Source of the DNA: Emiliania huxleyi CCMP1516
Lineage: Eukaryota
Length of the DNA: 64,000 nucleotides
Direction of reading: 5' to 3'
Assembly (NCBI RefSeq): GCF_000372725.1
Contig: NW_005201412.1
Span: forward strand, 124,001-188,000
Shown here: positions 61,645 to 64,000 of the stretch, piece by piece
Layout of the letters: each line of letters starts with the position of its first letter
Numbering within the stretch: position 1 is the first letter of the stretch
Notes under the pieces: model-generated
What the model was told of the DNA's origin: nothing
Seen by the model: the letters and a program-made list of their open reading frames with translations, nothing else
Databases searched by the model: none
Position numbers and translations under genes: made by a program

Positions 61645-62435
61645 CAGTGCCCGCGGCCGCCTCCCGCGCAGCACCGCCGCTGGGGACGACACGCTGCGGA
61701 ATCGGATCGAGCCCATGCACCGGGCAAAGAAGGACGCTGCAGAAGCGGTTGGAGAGGCAGCCGGCGTCTGCCGTCACAACGAGTCCCAGCGCTGGTTTTG
61801 GACATGCGCGTCGGCTCGCCCGAGGACTGCTGTCGCGACCCTCCCGTCGTGACGCAGCCTCCGACGAGCTCTGCAACCGAGGAGAGTGAGGGTGCCTCCC
61901 CTCACTGCTGGCCTGGCTGCGCACCGCCCCACAAAGCACCCCCTCGAGCATCTCTACAAGTACAAGTACAAGGGCGACCTTCTCCAAGTCGTCAACACGC
62001 CCGGCGGCTCCGGCAAGACTTTAGCCTTGGCCAGCCTCCTTGCGGAGCAGGAGGAGATCCGCTCTCGGTCGGCAACGTGGCAGCTAGTCGCGGGACTCGG
62101 TAGTTGTGACCCCCCTGAGTGAGGAGACAGGAGAGAGAGAGCTTTTGTGGTGTTGGTGTACGCAATAACGGGACAGGGTAGTCGTTCTCTCGAGCTCCCC
62201 TTCTAGCTCTTAGCATGAGCTGCGCCCTGTGTCCGACCCCTTTTGCGCAGCAACACCTTACACTTTTAGGCTGCCCTCCAAATTCGGGTCGGAGCGTAGC
62301 GGAGTGGGCCCCGAGTTTGAAAAGGGCGACGGACGCTTGCGTCCTAGCCTCCAACAACGCCTGCCCGGCGCAGAGGGGCCCCCGGAGGGATGCTCAACCG
62401 CTCCACGCCACGCCGCTTGCGGCGGTCCTATTCCC
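61645..62435 (+). mobile_element. Copy C (inverted) of the Helitron-helicase remnant family
   Basis: Reverse complement of ~43258-44030; NTPGGSGKTLALASLLAE. Confidence 0.65.
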
Positions 62436-62518
62436 GGCCGCCGCGTTTTTAGAGAGAGAGATTTTTAGTTGTTTGCGTTTTTATCACAGCGGAGCAAAAC
62501 AACCCGACAACCCGCGCC

Positions 62519-63490
62519 ATGCTCGACGGCGACAACAACGGCGACGGTCTCGTCGCGGTGTGCTCGCTGCCGCATGCGGGCGGCGTCGCGCGCTTCAGCC
62601 CGGACGGCAAGCACCTCGCTCTCGGAGCCGATGACGGCACCGTCCGCGTCGCCGCCACGGGCGCCGCGCGCGAGCACCGGACGCTCGAGCAGCTCTCGGT
62701 GGTCCCGGGCGCGACCCGCACCTACTCGGACCACGCCAAGGCGATCAACGACGTCGACTTCCACCCTCGCTCGCCGGTGCTCGTCTCTGCGTCTGCAGAC
62801 TGCACGATGCGCTTCTTCGACTACGCCTCGGGCGCGCCGCGCGCCTCGCGCCAGTGCACCGACACGCACGCGGTGCACGCGGTCGCCTTCCACCCGTCGG
62901 GCGACCACCTGCTCGCCGCCACAGAGCACCACGCCATCCACCTGTACGACGCGGCAACCTTCCGCTGCTACCTCGCGCCGCAGCCGAGCGACCACCACCT
63001 AGCGCCCGTCGCGGACGCTCACTGGTCGGCGGACGGCTCGCTCTTCGCCTCGTGCGGCGGCGACGCCATCAAGGTGTGGGACGGCGTGACGAACCGCTGC
63101 GTCCGCACGATCGCCTCGGCGCACCTGGGCGCGCCGGTCAACACGCTCTGCTTTGGGGGCGGGGGGAGGACGCTGCTCTCGTGCGGCGCCGACTCGTGTG
63201 TGCGGCAGTGGGACGTGGGCAGCGGCAAGCTGCTCCGCGTCTTTGAGGGCGCGCAGCAGACGCGACGGACGGCCTGCTGCTTCTCGCACGATGAGGCCCT
63301 CGTGCTCTCGTCGGACGAGAAGACGGGGGAGCTGGTGGCGTGGGAGGCGAGCACGGGCGCGCAGCAGGCGCGCTACGCCGCGCACTCGATGCCGGTGCGG
63401 TGGCTCGCGCACTCGCCCGTGGAGGCGGTCGCGGTGAGCTGCGGCGACGACGGACTCGTCCACCTTTGGGCGAGCGCGTACCTGCTCTAG
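62519..63490 (+). CDS. CSTF1: WD40 protein, cleavage stimulation factor 50-kDa subunit-like
   Basis: RTYSDH...FHP...FFDY...FHPSGD...LYDAATFRCY...VWDGVTNRC...AH.GAPV...FSHDE...DE follows the CstF-50 motif order. Confidence 0.8.
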   Translation: MLDGDNNGDGLVAVCSLPHAGGVARFSPDGKHLALGADDGTVRVAATGAAREHRTLEQLSVVPGATRTYSDHAKAINDVDFHPRSPVLVSASADCTMRFFDYASGAPRASRQCTDTHAVHAVAFHPSGDHLLAATEHHAIHLYDAATFRCYLAPQPSDHHLAPVADAHWSADGSLFASCGGDAIKVWDGVTNRCVRTIASAHLGAPVNTLCFGGGGRTLLSCGADSCVRQWDVGSGKLLRVFEGAQQTRRTACCFSHDEALVLSSDEKTGELVAWEASTGAQQARYAAHSMPVRWLAHSPVEAVAVSCGDDGLVHLWASAYLL

Positions 63491-63745
63491 CGCCACAGGG
63501 GGCCGCTAGTCGGTCGTTTACGCATTACGGGGAATAAAACGGTCTGGAAAAAGAGAGAAGATTGGAGGAGGGGGCTCTCGGCGGTCGAAGGGGGAAAAAG
63601 AAAAACGAGCAAAGGCAGCGTATTGCTTTCCCCGGAGGCCGAGGTGGCCGTGGCGGACGCCCTTCGACCAAGGTGCCCACGACCAATTCGACCATCCGAC
63701 CTGAGTCCTGACCCTCCTAGTCAACAGTCAACCCTCAACCTGACA

Positions 63746-64000
63746 ATGCCGCAGTGGTACGCGGCACTCATCGATCACGGCTCTGGTTCCGGCGAACAAA
63801 CACCGCACGCCGTCTTCGTCCGGTTCCGAGTCCATCACGTGAGCTCCGTGTCCTCAGACTCGTGGACTGGAGAATTCCAGGTGCGCGGGCGGTGGAAGCA
63901 CTCGCTCGCCGGCGGCGCCACTGATGCGGTCCCGACGCAGCGAGACTGCGACAGCCTCGCCCAGCGCTTTGATTCGGAGGTGCCTCCGTCCTTCGCCGCG
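63746..64000 (+). CDS. Hypothetical protein, 5' part (runs off the window end)
   Basis: ATG-started open frame MPQWYAALID...VFVRFRVHHVSSV...FQVRGRW; faint ligand-gated-channel-like pattern only. Confidence 0.3.
   Translation, partial: MPQWYAALIDHGSGSGEQTPHAVFVRFRVHHVSSVSSDSWTGEFQVRGRWKHSLAGGATDAVPTQRDCDSLAQRFDSEVPPSFAA

Overview
GC-rich eukaryotic scaffold with two 100-N gaps (7810-7909, 40521-40620). It has many GC-AG introns, 10-11-bp intronic tandem repeats and proteins with signal-peptide plus transit-like leaders; this fits a haptophyte such as Emiliania/Gephyrocapsa huxleyi (inference). About 25 coding loci are supportable: a tandem C2HC/GATA zinc-finger protein, rhodanese, MaoC dehydratase, homeodomain, ankyrin, PAN/Pro-rich/pentapeptide protein, sulfotransferase, GT34 and GT23 glycosyltransferases, a probable p23(CS)-ALG12 fusion, MATE transporter, PIG3-like quinone oxidoreductase, a PHD-SNF2-PHD-MYND remodeller, plastid PDZ protein, tRNA dimethylallyltransferase, DAGK-like kinase, SufD and CstF-50. 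They are interleaved with transposon debris: CRE-like non-LTR fragments bounded by (GA)n, a TA-TSD MITE, a Copia-like LTR, a head-to-tail Helitron-like dimer, Helitron-helicase remnants and a 3.1-kb TIR element whose empty site is also in the window. The strongest unexplained signal is intron architecture: more than a dozen introns are a 13-28-nt direct duplication of sequence around an AG|GC(T) junction with simple tandem-repeat filler between the copies, in one case (TTAGGG)n. This suggests ongoing intron creation by break repair with repeat addition. All exon structures are read by eye and need RNA-seq confirmation.
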